The notes: generated by a model from the letters alone, not told the origin. Positions 28,244-40,249 are shown, counted from the stretch's first letter. The stretch: 64,000 bases of DNA from Frankiaceae bacterium (GCA_016650445.1 JAENVS010000042.1:14327-78326), one strand, 5' to 3'. Translations and numbers: made by a program.

Positions 28244-29877
28244 AGGGTCGCCCGCGGGAACGCCTGCAGCCGTGCCTTCGGGATCGGGTCGCCGCAGTTC
28301 TCGCAGCGGCCGTAGGTGCCCGCGTCGAGCCGCGTCAGGGCGCGCTCCACCTGCAGCAGCAGGTCGCGGCTGTTGTTGGCGAGCGACATCTCGTGCTCGC
28401 GCTCGAACGTCTTGGTGCCGGCGTCGGCCTCGTCGCCCGAGCCCTCGCTGCTGGCGTCGCGCTTGAGCGTCGCCTGCACCTCCTCGGCGTCGTCGATCTC
28501 GCCGCGCAGCTCCCTCGCCTGCTCCTCGAGCTCCTTGCGGATCGCGTTGAGCTCTGCCCGGGTCCAGGCCTGCTCGACCGGGATGGAGGGCCGGGTCTTC
28601 TTCTCCGGCGCCTTGGGCGGGGCGGCTTTCATCGGCTGTACGACGGACCGCGGCTTGGGGACGACCGGCTCGGGAGCCTTGGCGGGAGCCTTGGAAGCCT
28701 TGGGAGCCTTGGAGGCCTTCGCAACGGCCGCGGCGGGAGCCGCCTTCGCCGGCGGACCGACCGTGAACGTCGGCACCGACTCGTCCGGCGCGGGCGTCGG
28801 CGCCGGAGCGGGGGTGACCGTGGCGGGCCGGCTCGTTGCGCCCGGACTGGGCGCCGCCTTGACCGAGGCCGCCTGGGGGGCGGTGCTCCTGGCGGGTGCC
28901 TTGTTGACCTTGGCCCGGTTGGCGGGGCCCTTCGTCGCGCCCTTCGCCGGCGTGCCCTTGACGGCAGGCTTGGCGGCCACCTTTGCCGGGGCCTTCTTCG
29001 CGGGAACCTTCGCGGCTGCCTTCGTGACCACCTTCGTCGCGACCGGGGCCTGCTTTGCGGGGGCCTTCGCCGCCTTCTTCGCGACCGGAGCCTTCTTGGC
29101 GGGCGCCTTCTTCGCGACCGGGACCTTCTTCGCAGGGGACTTCTTCGCGACCGGAGCCTTCTTCGCAGGGGACTTCGCGGCCTTCTTCGCGACCGGGGCC
29201 TTCTTCGCCGGAGCCTTGGCGGGAGCCTTCGCGGCCGCCTTCTTCGCAACCGGAGGCTTCGCGACCGGGGCCTTCTTCGCCGGAGCCTTGGCGAGGGCCT
29301 TCGTGGCCGCCTTCTTCGCAACCGGAGGCTTCGCGACCGGGGCCTTCGCGGGCGCCTTCTTCGCGACCGGAGCCTTCGCGGGCGCCTTCTTCGCGACCGG
29401 AGCCTTCGCGGGCGCCTTCTTCGCGACCGGGGCCTTCGCGGGCGCCTTCTTCGCGACCGGGGCCTTCGCGAGCGCCTTCTTCGCGACCGGGGCCTTCGCG
29501 GGCGCCTTCTTCGCGACCGGGGCCTTCGCGGGCGCCTTCTTCGCGACCGGGGCCTTCGCGGGCGCCTTCGCGGGCGCCTTCTTCGCGACCGGTGCCTTCG
29601 CGGACGCGCTCGTGGCCGGGGCGGGGGTCTTCACAGGGGCTGCTTTCTGTCCGGGTGCGGCGCTCGGGCCGGGAGGCGCTGCCGCTGGCCGCGGCGTCAC
29701 CGAAGGCGGGACGGTGAGCGGGCGGGCGACGGGCAAAGCGGGCAAGGCGGGCAAGGCGGGGGGCGTTGCGGCGGCAGGACCGGGCGCCTTGTCCTTGCCG
29801 ATGTGGAGCTTCTGACGCAGCTTTGCGCCGAATCGGGCGCGGTCTGCGGCCATGACAGCCCCCTGGTCTCTAGGCAT
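28207..29877 (-). CDS. Histone-H1-like Lys/Ala/Pro repeat protein fused to a DksA/TraR C4 zinc finger (DdbA-like)
   Basis: 556 aa. About 400 aa of KKAPAKAPVA-type repeats, then a coiled region, then CENCGDPIPKARLQAFPRATLCVACKQ. The start could also be the ATG at 29853. Confidence 0.8.
   Translation of the reverse strand: MPRDQGAVMAADRARFGAKLRQKLHIGKDKAPGPAAATPPALPALPALPVARPLTVPPSVTPRPAAAPPGPSAAPGQKAAPVKTPAPATSASAKAPVAKKAPAKAPAKAPVAKKAPAKAPVAKKAPAKAPVAKKALAKAPVAKKAPAKAPVAKKAPAKAPVAKKAPAKAPVAKKAPAKAPVAKPPVAKKAATKALAKAPAKKAPVAKPPVAKKAAAKAPAKAPAKKAPVAKKAAKSPAKKAPVAKKSPAKKVPVAKKAPAKKAPVAKKAAKAPAKQAPVATKVVTKAAAKVPAKKAPAKVAAKPAVKGTPAKGATKGPANRAKVNKAPARSTAPQAASVKAAPSPGATSRPATVTPAPAPTPAPDESVPTFTVGPPAKAAPAAAVAKASKAPKASKAPAKAPEPVVPKPRSVVQPMKAAPPKAPEKKTRPSIPVEQAWTRAELNAIRKELEEQARELRGEIDDAEEVQATLKRDASSEGSGDEADAGTKTFEREHEMSLANNSRDLLLQVERALTRLDAGTYGRCENCGDPIPKARLQAFPRATLCVACKQREERR
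29341..29550. repeat. Seven near-identical 30-bp in-frame tandem units inside the DdbA-like gene
   Basis: The unit rgccttcgcgrgcgccttcttcgcgaccgg repeats head-to-tail with 0-2 substitutions and encodes KKAPAKAPVA. More degenerate copies flank it (about 29040-29600). Confidence 0.9.
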
Positions 29878-30099
29878 GGTTCATCGCTTGATCACAAGCG
29901 TGCGGAGGATACGTCGCGCCGCGCGAAGCGACAAAGACACCACGCCGGGCACCCCGTCGGTGCTCGGCGAGCGGTTCAACGTTCAACCGCTGTGCCCGGT
30001 TCCGGACCGGGTTCGCAGGAAACCGCGGTGACCGGGGTGCGGGGCGCCGCTAGGGTGAGCCACGTCGCAGTGACGGGGACGAGTAGCGCCGTACGCAGC

Positions 30100-30296
30100 A
30101 CCAAGCGACCCGGGGACGGTGTGAGCCCGGGTGCGTGCACGGAGTGAAGATCACCCCCAGCACGGTCATGGCGACACGGCACAGCCAGAGCGGGAGCGCC
30201 CCCGGGGGCTCCAAGGAGGGTGGTACCGCGGGAGCACGCCTCAGGGCGGCTCTCGTCCCTCCGTCGACGAGCACCACCGCGACGGAGGACACACCG
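30100..30296 (+). promoter_or_regulatory. T-box leader (tRNA-Ile sensing) controlling ileS, SD-sequestering type
   Basis: T-box core AGGGUGGUACCGCG lies at 30217-30230. Candidate specifier AUC (30150-30152) sits in GUGAAGAUCA. CUCCGUC (30259-30265) pairs with GACGGAG (30281-30287), which covers the GGAGG SD. GGAGGG (30215-30220) can instead pair with CCCUCC (30257-30262). The 5' boundary is approximate. Confidence 0.8.
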
Positions 30297-33422
<3,126 letters not shown>

Positions 33423-33555
33423 TCCGAACGGAGCAGCGGGCGGCGCGCATTCCTGAGCAGTCAGACCAAGGTTCACCCGTTTGGCGCGAAAGCCTGAGCC
33501 CGGTTCGCCCGATGGGAAGGGAGTCAGTTCCAGCGCGCATCCCTCGGAGGACACG

Positions 33556-34059
33556 GTGACCGTCTACACCGTTGAGAGCCCCCAGCCGGTTCACAAGTCG
33601 TTCCGGCTGACGCGGCCCGGTGCCCACCTCGCCGTGCAGAGCCAGGTCCGGCCCGCGCTGGTGCTTCCCGAGCGCGAGGCGCGGCTGCTGCTGTCCGCCG
33701 CGGCGCGCGAGGACGTCTCGCGCGGCGGTGTGTTCTCCGCCGGCCCGGCCGGCATCCAGCTCTGGAGCGGGTCCTGGGACGGCCCGGGTGGCAGTCACGG
33801 CAGCGCCGCGCACCTGGGCTCGGTGGACTGGTCCTACGACACGCCCGCCCGGCACTACATCACCGTCTACCGGGTGCTGGTGACGGCCGCCGGTGCCGAG
33901 CTCGGCCTGACCACCGAGTCGGTCCTGGCCCAGGTCATGGCACTGGGCGGCCTGTCGTCCGTGGGCGCCACGCTGGCCATGGCCGTCCCGCCGCCGCGCG
34001 ACCCGTTCCGGTCCACGGAGCTGCGGGCCCGCGCGGGCATCGAGGCCGAGCGCATCTAG
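33556..34059 (+). CDS. Hypothetical protein
   Basis: 167 aa from the GTG at 33556, preceded by GGAGG (33546-33550). No recognisable motif. Confidence 0.45.
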   Translation: MTVYTVESPQPVHKSFRLTRPGAHLAVQSQVRPALVLPEREARLLLSAAAREDVSRGGVFSAGPAGIQLWSGSWDGPGGSHGSAAHLGSVDWSYDTPARHYITVYRVLVTAAGAELGLTTESVLAQVMALGGLSSVGATLAMAVPPPRDPFRSTELRARAGIEAERI

Positions 34060-34187
34060 AGCGCATCGAGACCCCCCACGTCAGCGGCCGCCGTCCCCAC
34101 CCGGGAGACGGCGGTCGCTGCGTTCTCAGCGGCGGCTGAGTACGGCTAACAAGCCGGATGCATGGGTCCCATGAAGGATGAGGAGGC

Positions 34188-34269
34188 GCGTGCGACGCGC
34201 ACACCGATCAGCGGGCGTACTCGGTGTGCGCAGCGCAGGCGTGCAACGTGAGCGTGCGACGCGCACACC
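34188..34269. repeat. Two perfect 18-bp direct repeats, each with an internal palindrome, flanking a complementary 9-mer
   Basis: gcgtgcgacgcgcacacc occurs at 34188-34205 and 34252-34269; each copy contains GTGCG-ACG-CGCAC. ggtgtgcgc at 34223-34231 is the exact complement of the gcgcacacc end of both copies. The region lies between convergent genes. Confidence 0.7.
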
Positions 34270-34354
34270 CTCCGGGAACCGGCGGCGAAGGGCGGCGATC
34301 ACCTCAGCGATGGGCTCCATCGCATCCGGCTTGTCTGCCGCATTCAGCGTCGGG

Positions 34355-35218
34355 TCAACGTCGGGTCACGGCCTTCTTGGCAGGTGCCTTCTTGGCCGGT
34401 GCCTTCGCCGCCGCCTTCTTGGCCGGTGACTTGGCCGCCGCCTTCTTGGCGGGGCCCTTCGTGGCGGGGGCCCTCGTGGCAGCGGTCCTGGCCGGTGCCT
34501 TGGTGGCCGGCGTCTTCGTCGCCGCGGTCTTGGGCGCGGCGGTCTTGGGCGCGGCGGTCTTGGCGGCCGCCTTCTTGGCCGGGGCCTTGGTGGCGGGTGC
34601 CTTCGCCGCAGCGGCCCTGGCCGGGGCCTTCGTGGCGGTGGCCCTGGCCGGGGCCTTCGTGGCGGTGGCCCTGCGTGCCGGCGCCTTCGCCGTCCCCCGG
34701 ACCGCCTCGGCCGGGTCGGCCGCGACCTGGGAGGTGGCGCTGGACGCCGGCTCCGACGCCACGGACGCGAGAGCCTCGTCGGGCTTGCAGACGCCGCAGG
34801 CGGTGTAACCGTCGGCGCGCGCGGTGCCGACCTGCACCGCCTCGGCGTCCTTGCCGGTCAGGTAGCGGCAGCCCGCGACGTGGTAGCGCGGCCGACCCGT
34901 GACGACGAGGACCGAGCCGCTCACCGACGCGTCGGACCTGCCGGCCTCGGCGGCCTGCGGTTCGGACCGCGACCGGGAGCCGGCCGGGATGATCGCGGTG
35001 ACGCCCTCCACGTCGCTCGACGTCGAGACGGCCGGAGCCGCGGTGGCCGCGTCGGGGATCTCCTCGCCGCGGCGCTGCATGATGCCGACGATGAGGAAGC
35101 CGAAGGACACCACGCTCACGGCGATCGAGGCGTAGACGAACCCGAGCGTGCTCGAGATGAGGCCGATGGCGAGCAGGACGATGGCGACGACGACGAGCGC
35201 GCCGCTGATGACGATCAC
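34355..35218 (-). CDS. Membrane-anchored protein with Ada-like zinc-ribbon motif and Lys/Ala-rich histone-like tail
   Basis: 287 aa. Two N-terminal TM segments, then the motif RYHVAGCRYL...GYTACGVCKP, then a C-terminal tail of about 110 aa of AKKAAAK/TKAPA repeats. Confidence 0.65.
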   Translation of the reverse strand: MIVISGALVVVAIVLLAIGLISSTLGFVYASIAVSVVSFGFLIVGIMQRRGEEIPDAATAAPAVSTSSDVEGVTAIIPAGSRSRSEPQAAEAGRSDASVSGSVLVVTGRPRYHVAGCRYLTGKDAEAVQVGTARADGYTACGVCKPDEALASVASEPASSATSQVAADPAEAVRGTAKAPARRATATKAPARATATKAPARAAAAKAPATKAPAKKAAAKTAAPKTAAPKTAATKTPATKAPARTAATRAPATKGPAKKAAAKSPAKKAAAKAPAKKAPAKKAVTRR

Positions 35219-35290
35219 GGGGTAAGTCCTCCGGTGGGTGAGAGCGCGGGAATCCTAGCGGCCCTCAACGTGGGGGTGGATGGGCGAGAG

Positions 35291-36295
35291 CTAACGCTCG
35301 GCCGGCGGCTCGGGGCCGTCGTCGAGCTCCTCGCTGAACGTCGTCGGGGGGACGATCGTGAACGGGCCGATCGGCTCAGGGCCGGTCGAGGACTGCAGCG
35401 GCGGTACAGCCCGTAGCGCGGGCGGCTCGGCCTCCCGCGGCGGCCCGGTCGGAGCAGGCCCCTGGGTCGACCCCGTGCCCGGTGCGATGGACGGCACAGC
35501 CGGGGCCGCAGTCGGCGGCGCGGGAGCCGGCGAGAACGCCGGGGCGGGCGGTGGCATCGGCGGCTCCGCAGGGCGGTACGACGGCGGCGCCGCGACCGGC
35601 GCCGGAGCGACAGTCGCGGGCGGCGCCGGGGCGGGTGGTGCAGACGGTGCGGCGGCTGGTGCGGACGGCGGTGCGGACGGCGCGGGGGACGGCGCGGCGA
35701 CCGGCCCGCCGGCCGGGCCGATCCCGACGGCGGCCGTGCGGGCAGCCGCCGGCACCCCTGCTCCGCCGTCGTCGGGAGCCCCCCGGGACGACAGGTCGCG
35801 CAGCTGCCCCTCGAGGTAGGCCTTGAGCCGGGTGCGGTACTCCCGCTCGAACGCCCGCAGGTTCTCGATCTGGACCTCGAGCTCGCGCTTGCGCTGGTCG
35901 AGACCGCCCATGGCGGCCGTGATGCGGGCGGCGATCTCGTTGTCGACGTTGCCGGCGCGGCCCTGCGCGTCCGAGACGATCTTCGCGGCGTCCGCGCGCG
36001 CCTCGGCCACGACCTCGTCGGCCGTGCGCTGCGCGAGCAGCAGGGTGCGCAGGGCGGCTTCCTGACCCTCGCCGGGTGCCAGCGGGGCGGTCGGCGGCGG
36101 TGCGACCTGCTGCGGCTCGGGCGCTTGGAAGACCGGCGGTACCGGACGCCCGGTCTTGAGCTCGGCGTTGTCACGCAGCAGCCGCCCGAGCTCGCCCTCG
36201 ACCTCGTCGAGGAAGGCGTCGACCTCGTCGAGCGAGTAGCCGCGGAAGGCGATCTTGAACTGCTTGTTCGCGACGTCTGCGGGGGTCAGTGGCAC
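35291..36295 (-). CDS. divIVA: DivIVA/Wag31 polar growth and division protein
   Basis: 334 aa. Starts MPLTPADVANKQFKIAFRGYSLDEVDAFLDEV and continues with coiled-coil regions and a Pro/Ala-rich insert. Confidence 0.9.
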   Translation of the reverse strand: MPLTPADVANKQFKIAFRGYSLDEVDAFLDEVEGELGRLLRDNAELKTGRPVPPVFQAPEPQQVAPPPTAPLAPGEGQEAALRTLLLAQRTADEVVAEARADAAKIVSDAQGRAGNVDNEIAARITAAMGGLDQRKRELEVQIENLRAFEREYRTRLKAYLEGQLRDLSSRGAPDDGGAGVPAAARTAAVGIGPAGGPVAAPSPAPSAPPSAPAAAPSAPPAPAPPATVAPAPVAAPPSYRPAEPPMPPPAPAFSPAPAPPTAAPAVPSIAPGTGSTQGPAPTGPPREAEPPALRAVPPLQSSTGPEPIGPFTIVPPTTFSEELDDGPEPPAER

Positions 36296-36350
36296 GGGGT
36301 CACTTCCGTCTCGGTGTGGCAGGCGGTCTGGGCAGCGGCGTACGGCGTCC

Positions 36351-36638
36351 TCATCGCAGCTCCCCGACGACTCTCATGAGGATCTGGACCACGAAGAACA
36401 GCACGATGAACGACAGGTCGATGCTCACGCGTCCGACCCGAAGGGGCGGGATCACCCGACGCAGGGCCTTCAGCGGCGGGTCCGTCACGGTGTAGCAGAC
36501 CTCGAGCGCGACCGCCACGGGCCCGGCCGGCCGGTAGGAGCGGGCGAACATGAACACGTACTCCATGATCAGCCGGAACAGCAACAGGACCAGAAAGACG
36601 AGCAGCGCGTCGAACACGATCGTCGCGACGAGAGACAC
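36351..36638 (-). CDS. yggT: YggT/YlmG family membrane protein
   Basis: 95 aa with two TM segments. Sits in the conserved position between sepF and divIVA. Confidence 0.85.
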   Translation of the reverse strand: MSLVATIVFDALLVFLVLLLFRLIMEYVFMFARSYRPAGPVAVALEVCYTVTDPPLKALRRVIPPLRVGRVSIDLSFIVLFFVVQILMRVVGELR

Positions 36639-36704
36639 GGGGTGGGGGTTCTCCTGGATCGGGGGGCCGCGTCAACCCTATCGGCGCCGCCGTGGAGCAG
36701 CCGG

Positions 36705-37277
36705 TTAGGACTGGTTGAAGAAACCGCCCTCGACGATCAGCGCCTTGTCCTCCGCCGTCACGTCGACGTGCTCGGGTGAGAGAAGGAACACCTTGTTGGT
36801 GACGCGCTCGATGCTCCCGCGCAGGCCGAAGATGAGGCCGGCGGCGAAGTCGACGAGCCGCTTGGCGTCGACGTCGTCCATCTCGGTGAGGTTCATGATC
36901 ACGGGGGTGCCCTCGCGGAAGTGCTCGCCGATGGTGCGCGCCTCGTTGTAGGTGCGCGGCGTCAGCGTCGTGATGCGGTACGGGTCGTCCGGGACGGCTG
37001 CGACGTGCGGCCGGTGGGCCGGGGCCCTCCCGAGGTCGGCCGCCGTGTCGAGCGCCATGGACCCCCGGGTCTGCGTCGTGTCGGCGAACGGCGGGCGGCC
37101 CGCGGAGCGCGGCGGCACGTCGGTGCGGTAGCTGCGCGTCGGGGCCGGCGCCTCGTGGTGGGGGGCTTCGTCATAGCCGTAGTGGTCGTCGTCCGGATAG
37201 CCGCCGTGGCGGCCGTCGTCGTCGTCGTCCTCGACGAGGCCGAGGTAGAGACCCAACTTGCGCATGGCGCCGGGCAT
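36705..37277 (-). CDS. sepF: Cell division protein SepF
   Basis: 190 aa. N-terminal membrane-targeting helix (MRKLGLYLGLVEDD) and C-terminal SepF core (PVIMNLTEMD..AKRLVDFAAG). Confidence 0.9.
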   Translation of the reverse strand: MPGAMRKLGLYLGLVEDDDDDGRHGGYPDDDHYGYDEAPHHEAPAPTRSYRTDVPPRSAGRPPFADTTQTRGSMALDTAADLGRAPAHRPHVAAVPDDPYRITTLTPRTYNEARTIGEHFREGTPVIMNLTEMDDVDAKRLVDFAAGLIFGLRGSIERVTNKVFLLSPEHVDVTAEDKALIVEGGFFNQS

Positions 37278-37339
37278 GTCGGGCTCCTCCGGGAGGCGGT
37301 CGAGATGACGATCTCAGGGCGGTTGAACGAGTCCGCAGA

Positions 37340-38029
37340 CTAGCGGAGCAGGGGCGGCCGAGTCCCGAACAACGCCGTCCCGACACGCAGGAGATTTGCA
37401 CCGGCCGCCACGGCGTCCTCGAGGTCGCCGGTCATCCCCGCACTGACGATCCGCGCCTCCGGGTGCCGGCTGCGCAGGGCTTCCGCGACGGCAGCCAGCC
37501 GGTCGAAGGCGGGTCTCGCCGCGGCCCCGAGCGGCGCCACTGCCATGACACCGGCCAGGCGCAGGCCGTCAGCGGCCGCTGCCAGGCCGGCCAGCTCCGG
37601 CACGTCGTCCGGGTCGGCGCCGCCGCGGCCCGGCGCCCCGTCGAGGCTGACCTGCACGAGCACGTCCACGAGGCGCCCGGCTCGAACCGCACCCGCCGAC
37701 AGCGCGGTCACCAGCGACGGCCGGTCGAGGGAGTGGACGACGTGGGCGTACGACGCGACGCTGCGCGCCTTGTTGGTCTGCACGCTGCCGACGAAGTGCC
37801 AGCGCACATCCGGTACGGCGGCCGCCTTCTGCGCGGCGTCCGCGTCGCGGTTCTCACCGAAGTCCCGCAGACCGAGGTCGCGCAGCAGCACGACGTCCGA
37901 CGCCGGCCAGGTCTTGCTGACCGCCACGACGCCCACCTCGCTTCGGTCCCGCCCGGCCGCACGGCACGCCGCGCCAACCCGGCTCTCCAACGCGGCGAGG
38001 TTGGCCGCCAGCTCGGCCCGCCGGGTCAT
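37340..38029 (-). CDS. ylmE: YggS/YlmE family PLP-binding protein
   Basis: Trimmed to MTRRAELAANL (ATG at 38029, ATGA overlap with the pgeF stop). The motif VAVSKT carries the PLP lysine. Confidence 0.85.
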   Translation of the reverse strand: MTRRAELAANLAALESRVGAACRAAGRDRSEVGVVAVSKTWPASDVVLLRDLGLRDFGENRDADAAQKAAAVPDVRWHFVGSVQTNKARSVASYAHVVHSLDRPSLVTALSAGAVRAGRLVDVLVQVSLDGAPGRGGADPDDVPELAGLAAAADGLRLAGVMAVAPLGAAARPAFDRLAAVAEALRSRHPEARIVSAGMTGDLEDAVAAGANLLRVGTALFGTRPPLLR

Positions 38030-38733
38030 GGGAGCCAGACGAGGCCGGCGTACCGCCCCGTGACTGTGCCGTCGCGGCGGTAGGAGAACAGCGTCGGCTC
38101 TTCCACCGAGCACTCGGGCAGCCACTCGACCGCCACCCCCGCTGCGGTCAGCTGGTCGACGACGCCCGCGGCGATCTCGAGCGACGGCGAGCCGTCACTC
38201 GCGGTGCTGTGGGCCCCCGGGACGGCTCGTGCGACCTCCTCCTGCATCTCGGCCGGCACCGGGTAGCAGCGTCCGCAGACGGAGGGTCCGACCCGGGCGA
38301 CGAGCTCAGTCGCCCCTTCGCGGGCCATGGCCGTGAGCAGCGCCGGCACGACACCGAGCGCGAGCCCCTTGCGGCCCGCATGGGCGACCCCGACGACTCC
38401 GGCCGTCGGGTCGGCGGTCAGGACCGGGGTGCAGTCGGCGACCAGGACGCCGAGAGCCAGCCGGCGGGTGCGCGTGACCAGCACATCGGCCCGCGGCGGA
38501 GCATCGAGACTCCGGTCGACGACGGCCACGCCGACGCCGTGTACCTGGTCCATCCACGCCACCGGGACGCCGAGCGCGGCGGTCAGCCGGTCGCGGTTCT
38601 CGGCGACGGCGGCCGGATCGTCGCCGACGTGCGTGGCGAGGTTCAGGCTGGCGTAGGGACCGGCGCTGACCCCGCCGTGGCGGTCGGTCACCGCGAACCG
38701 CACACCCGCCGTCTCCTCGTCGTGGCACAGCAT
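38026..38733 (-). CDS. pgeF: YfiH/PgeF family purine nucleoside phosphorylase/laccase-domain protein
   Basis: 235 aa with family motifs (DRHGGVS, NLA.HVGD, DC.PV, HAGRKG) in the conserved dcw position. Confidence 0.85.
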   Translation of the reverse strand: MLCHDEETAGVRFAVTDRHGGVSAGPYASLNLATHVGDDPAAVAENRDRLTAALGVPVAWMDQVHGVGVAVVDRSLDAPPRADVLVTRTRRLALGVLVADCTPVLTADPTAGVVGVAHAGRKGLALGVVPALLTAMAREGATELVARVGPSVCGRCYPVPAEMQEEVARAVPGAHSTASDGSPSLEIAAGVVDQLTAAGVAVEWLPECSVEEPTLFSYRRDGTVTGRYAGLVWLP

Positions 38734-38801
38734 GGCATCAGCCTGCCAGGCAGGCCGAATGGCCGCCTCGCTGCTGCGGGGCGGCTCTCGGCATGTCCGG
38801 A

Positions 38802-39959
38802 CTACTTCAGGAAGTCGGGTACGTCGAGGTCGTCCTCGAAGACGACCGTGCGCCGCGGCGGCGTCGGGGGCGCGGGACGCGGGCGATCGCCCTCGGCCGA
38901 GCTCGACGCGAACGCCGGCCGGGGGATGGACGTCGGTGAGTGCCCGGCGTCGGGAAGCGTGACCGAGTCGACGGCCGGGCGGCGGGTCTCCACCCGGCGG
39001 ACCGGCGTCGGCACACCTGCGTCGAACCCGGCGGCGATCACCGTCACCCGCACTTCGTCGCCGAGCGCGTCGTCGATGACCGCGCCGAAGATGATGTTGG
39101 CCTCGGGGTGCGCGGCGTCGGCGACGAGCTGGGCGGCCTCGTTGATCTCGAACAGGCCCAGGTCGGAGCCGCCGGAGATCGACAGCAGCACGCCGCGGGC
39201 GCCGTCCATGCTCGCCTCGAGCAGGGGGCTGGAGATGGCCATCTCGGCGGCCAGCACCGCCCGGTCCTCGCCGCGGGCGGACCCGATGCCCATCAGGGCG
39301 CTGCCGGCGTGGTTCATGACCGACTTCACGTCGGCGAAGTCGAGGTTGATCAGGCCGGGCGTCGTGATGAGGTCGGTGATGCCGGAGACGCCCGACAGCA
39401 GCACGTGGTCGGCGCTCTTGAAGGCGTCCATCACGCTGACCTGCCGGTCGCTGAGCGCGAGCAGTCGGTCGTTCGGGATGACGATGAGGGTGTCGACCTG
39501 GGCCCGCAGGGCCTCGATGCCCTCCTCCGCCTGCTCGGCGCGGCGCTTGCCCTCGAAGGAGAACGGGCGCGTCACGACGCCGATGGTCAGGGCACCGAGC
39601 GACCGGGCGATCTCCGCCACGATCGGCGCACCGCCGGTGCCGGTGCCGCCGCCTTCGCCGGCGGTGACGAAGACCATGTCGGCCCCCTTGAGGACCTCCT
39701 CGATCTCGTCCCGGTGGTCGTCCGACGCCTGCCGGCCGACCTCGGGGGCGGCGCCGGCGCCGAGGCCCCGGGTCAGCTCGCGGCCGATGTCGAGCTTGAC
39801 GTCAGCATCGCTCATCAGCAGCGCCTGGGCGTCGGTGTTGATGGCGATGAACTCGACGCCCTTGAGCCCGACCTCGATCATCCGGTTGACGGCGTTGACG
39901 CCGCCTCCGCCGATGCCGACCACCTTGATGACGGCCAGGTAGTTCTGCGGTGCTGCCAC
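38802..39959 (-). CDS. ftsZ: Cell division GTPase FtsZ
   Basis: Trimmed to the GTG at 39959 ([24 protein letters not shown]). Tubulin signature GGGTGTG and C-terminal peptide [10 protein letters not shown] are present. Confidence 0.95.
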   Translation of the reverse strand: MAAPQNYLAVIKVVGIGGGGVNAVNRMIEVGLKGVEFIAINTDAQALLMSDADVKLDIGRELTRGLGAGAAPEVGRQASDDHRDEIEEVLKGADMVFVTAGEGGGTGTGGAPIVAEIARSLGALTIGVVTRPFSFEGKRRAEQAEEGIEALRAQVDTLIVIPNDRLLALSDRQVSVMDAFKSADHVLLSGVSGITDLITTPGLINLDFADVKSVMNHAGSALMGIGSARGEDRAVLAAEMAISSPLLEASMDGARGVLLSISGGSDLGLFEINEAAQLVADAAHPEANIIFGAVIDDALGDEVRVTVIAAGFDAGVPTPVRRVETRRPAVDSVTLPDAGHSPTSIPRPAFASSSAEGDRPRPAPPTPPRRTVVFEDDLDVPDFLK

Positions 39960-40249
39960 GGTGTCGGAGACCTCTCGTGTGACGGGGGTGGGCGCGGGCG
40001 TGCGGGCGCGGGGGAAGGCACCGGGGGGCGGTTCGGACGGGGTCGGGCACCCGGGGCGGCGGTGGTGCGGAGAAGGCACCACCGGCGGTCCCGGTCGGGC
40101 GGTCGGAGGATTCGTTCGCGGGGAGGCTCCGGCACCCTCACTCTCAAGTAGACGCTTACAGTTATGTCAACCTGGGGAGTGAGGCCGGACGTTACGGGTC
40201 ACGCGCCCGCGCGGTCAACCGACCTGCTCGGCGTGTCGGGGTGACGCCG

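Noticed and set aside
29341-29550. A regular 30-bp repeat array that could be mistaken for a CRISPR array
   Set aside because: The units are contiguous with no spacers and in frame within a coding sequence. No cas genes are present.
28316-30147. Plus-strand ORFs of 499 aa, 584 aa and 220 aa with FFATGAF / LLRDRGLRGR / SSRPGPSRAP repeats
   Set aside because: They are antisense or alternate frames of the Lys/Ala/Pro repeat gene. The periodicity simply mirrors the 30-bp coding repeat, and only the minus frame ends in a DksA-type zinc finger.
30135-30296. Listed ileS start at 30135 (54 extra N-terminal codons)
   Set aside because: The extension overlies the T-box leader and its SD-sequestering helix. 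The ATG at 30297 has a GGAGG 8 nt upstream and gives a normal IleRS N-terminus.
34126-34320. 64-aa minus-strand ORF (MEPIAEVIAALRRRFPEGV...) between convergent genes
   Set aside because: Third-position GC is only about 70%, far below neighbouring genes. The sequence after the first 17 codons is dictated by the palindromic repeats. At most it is a decayed remnant.
39960-40082. Listed ftsZ start at 40082 (41 extra codons)
   Set aside because: The extra residues are Pro/Arg-rich and unlike any FtsZ. The GTG at 39959 gives the conserved [20 protein letters not shown] start with a purine-rich RBS.
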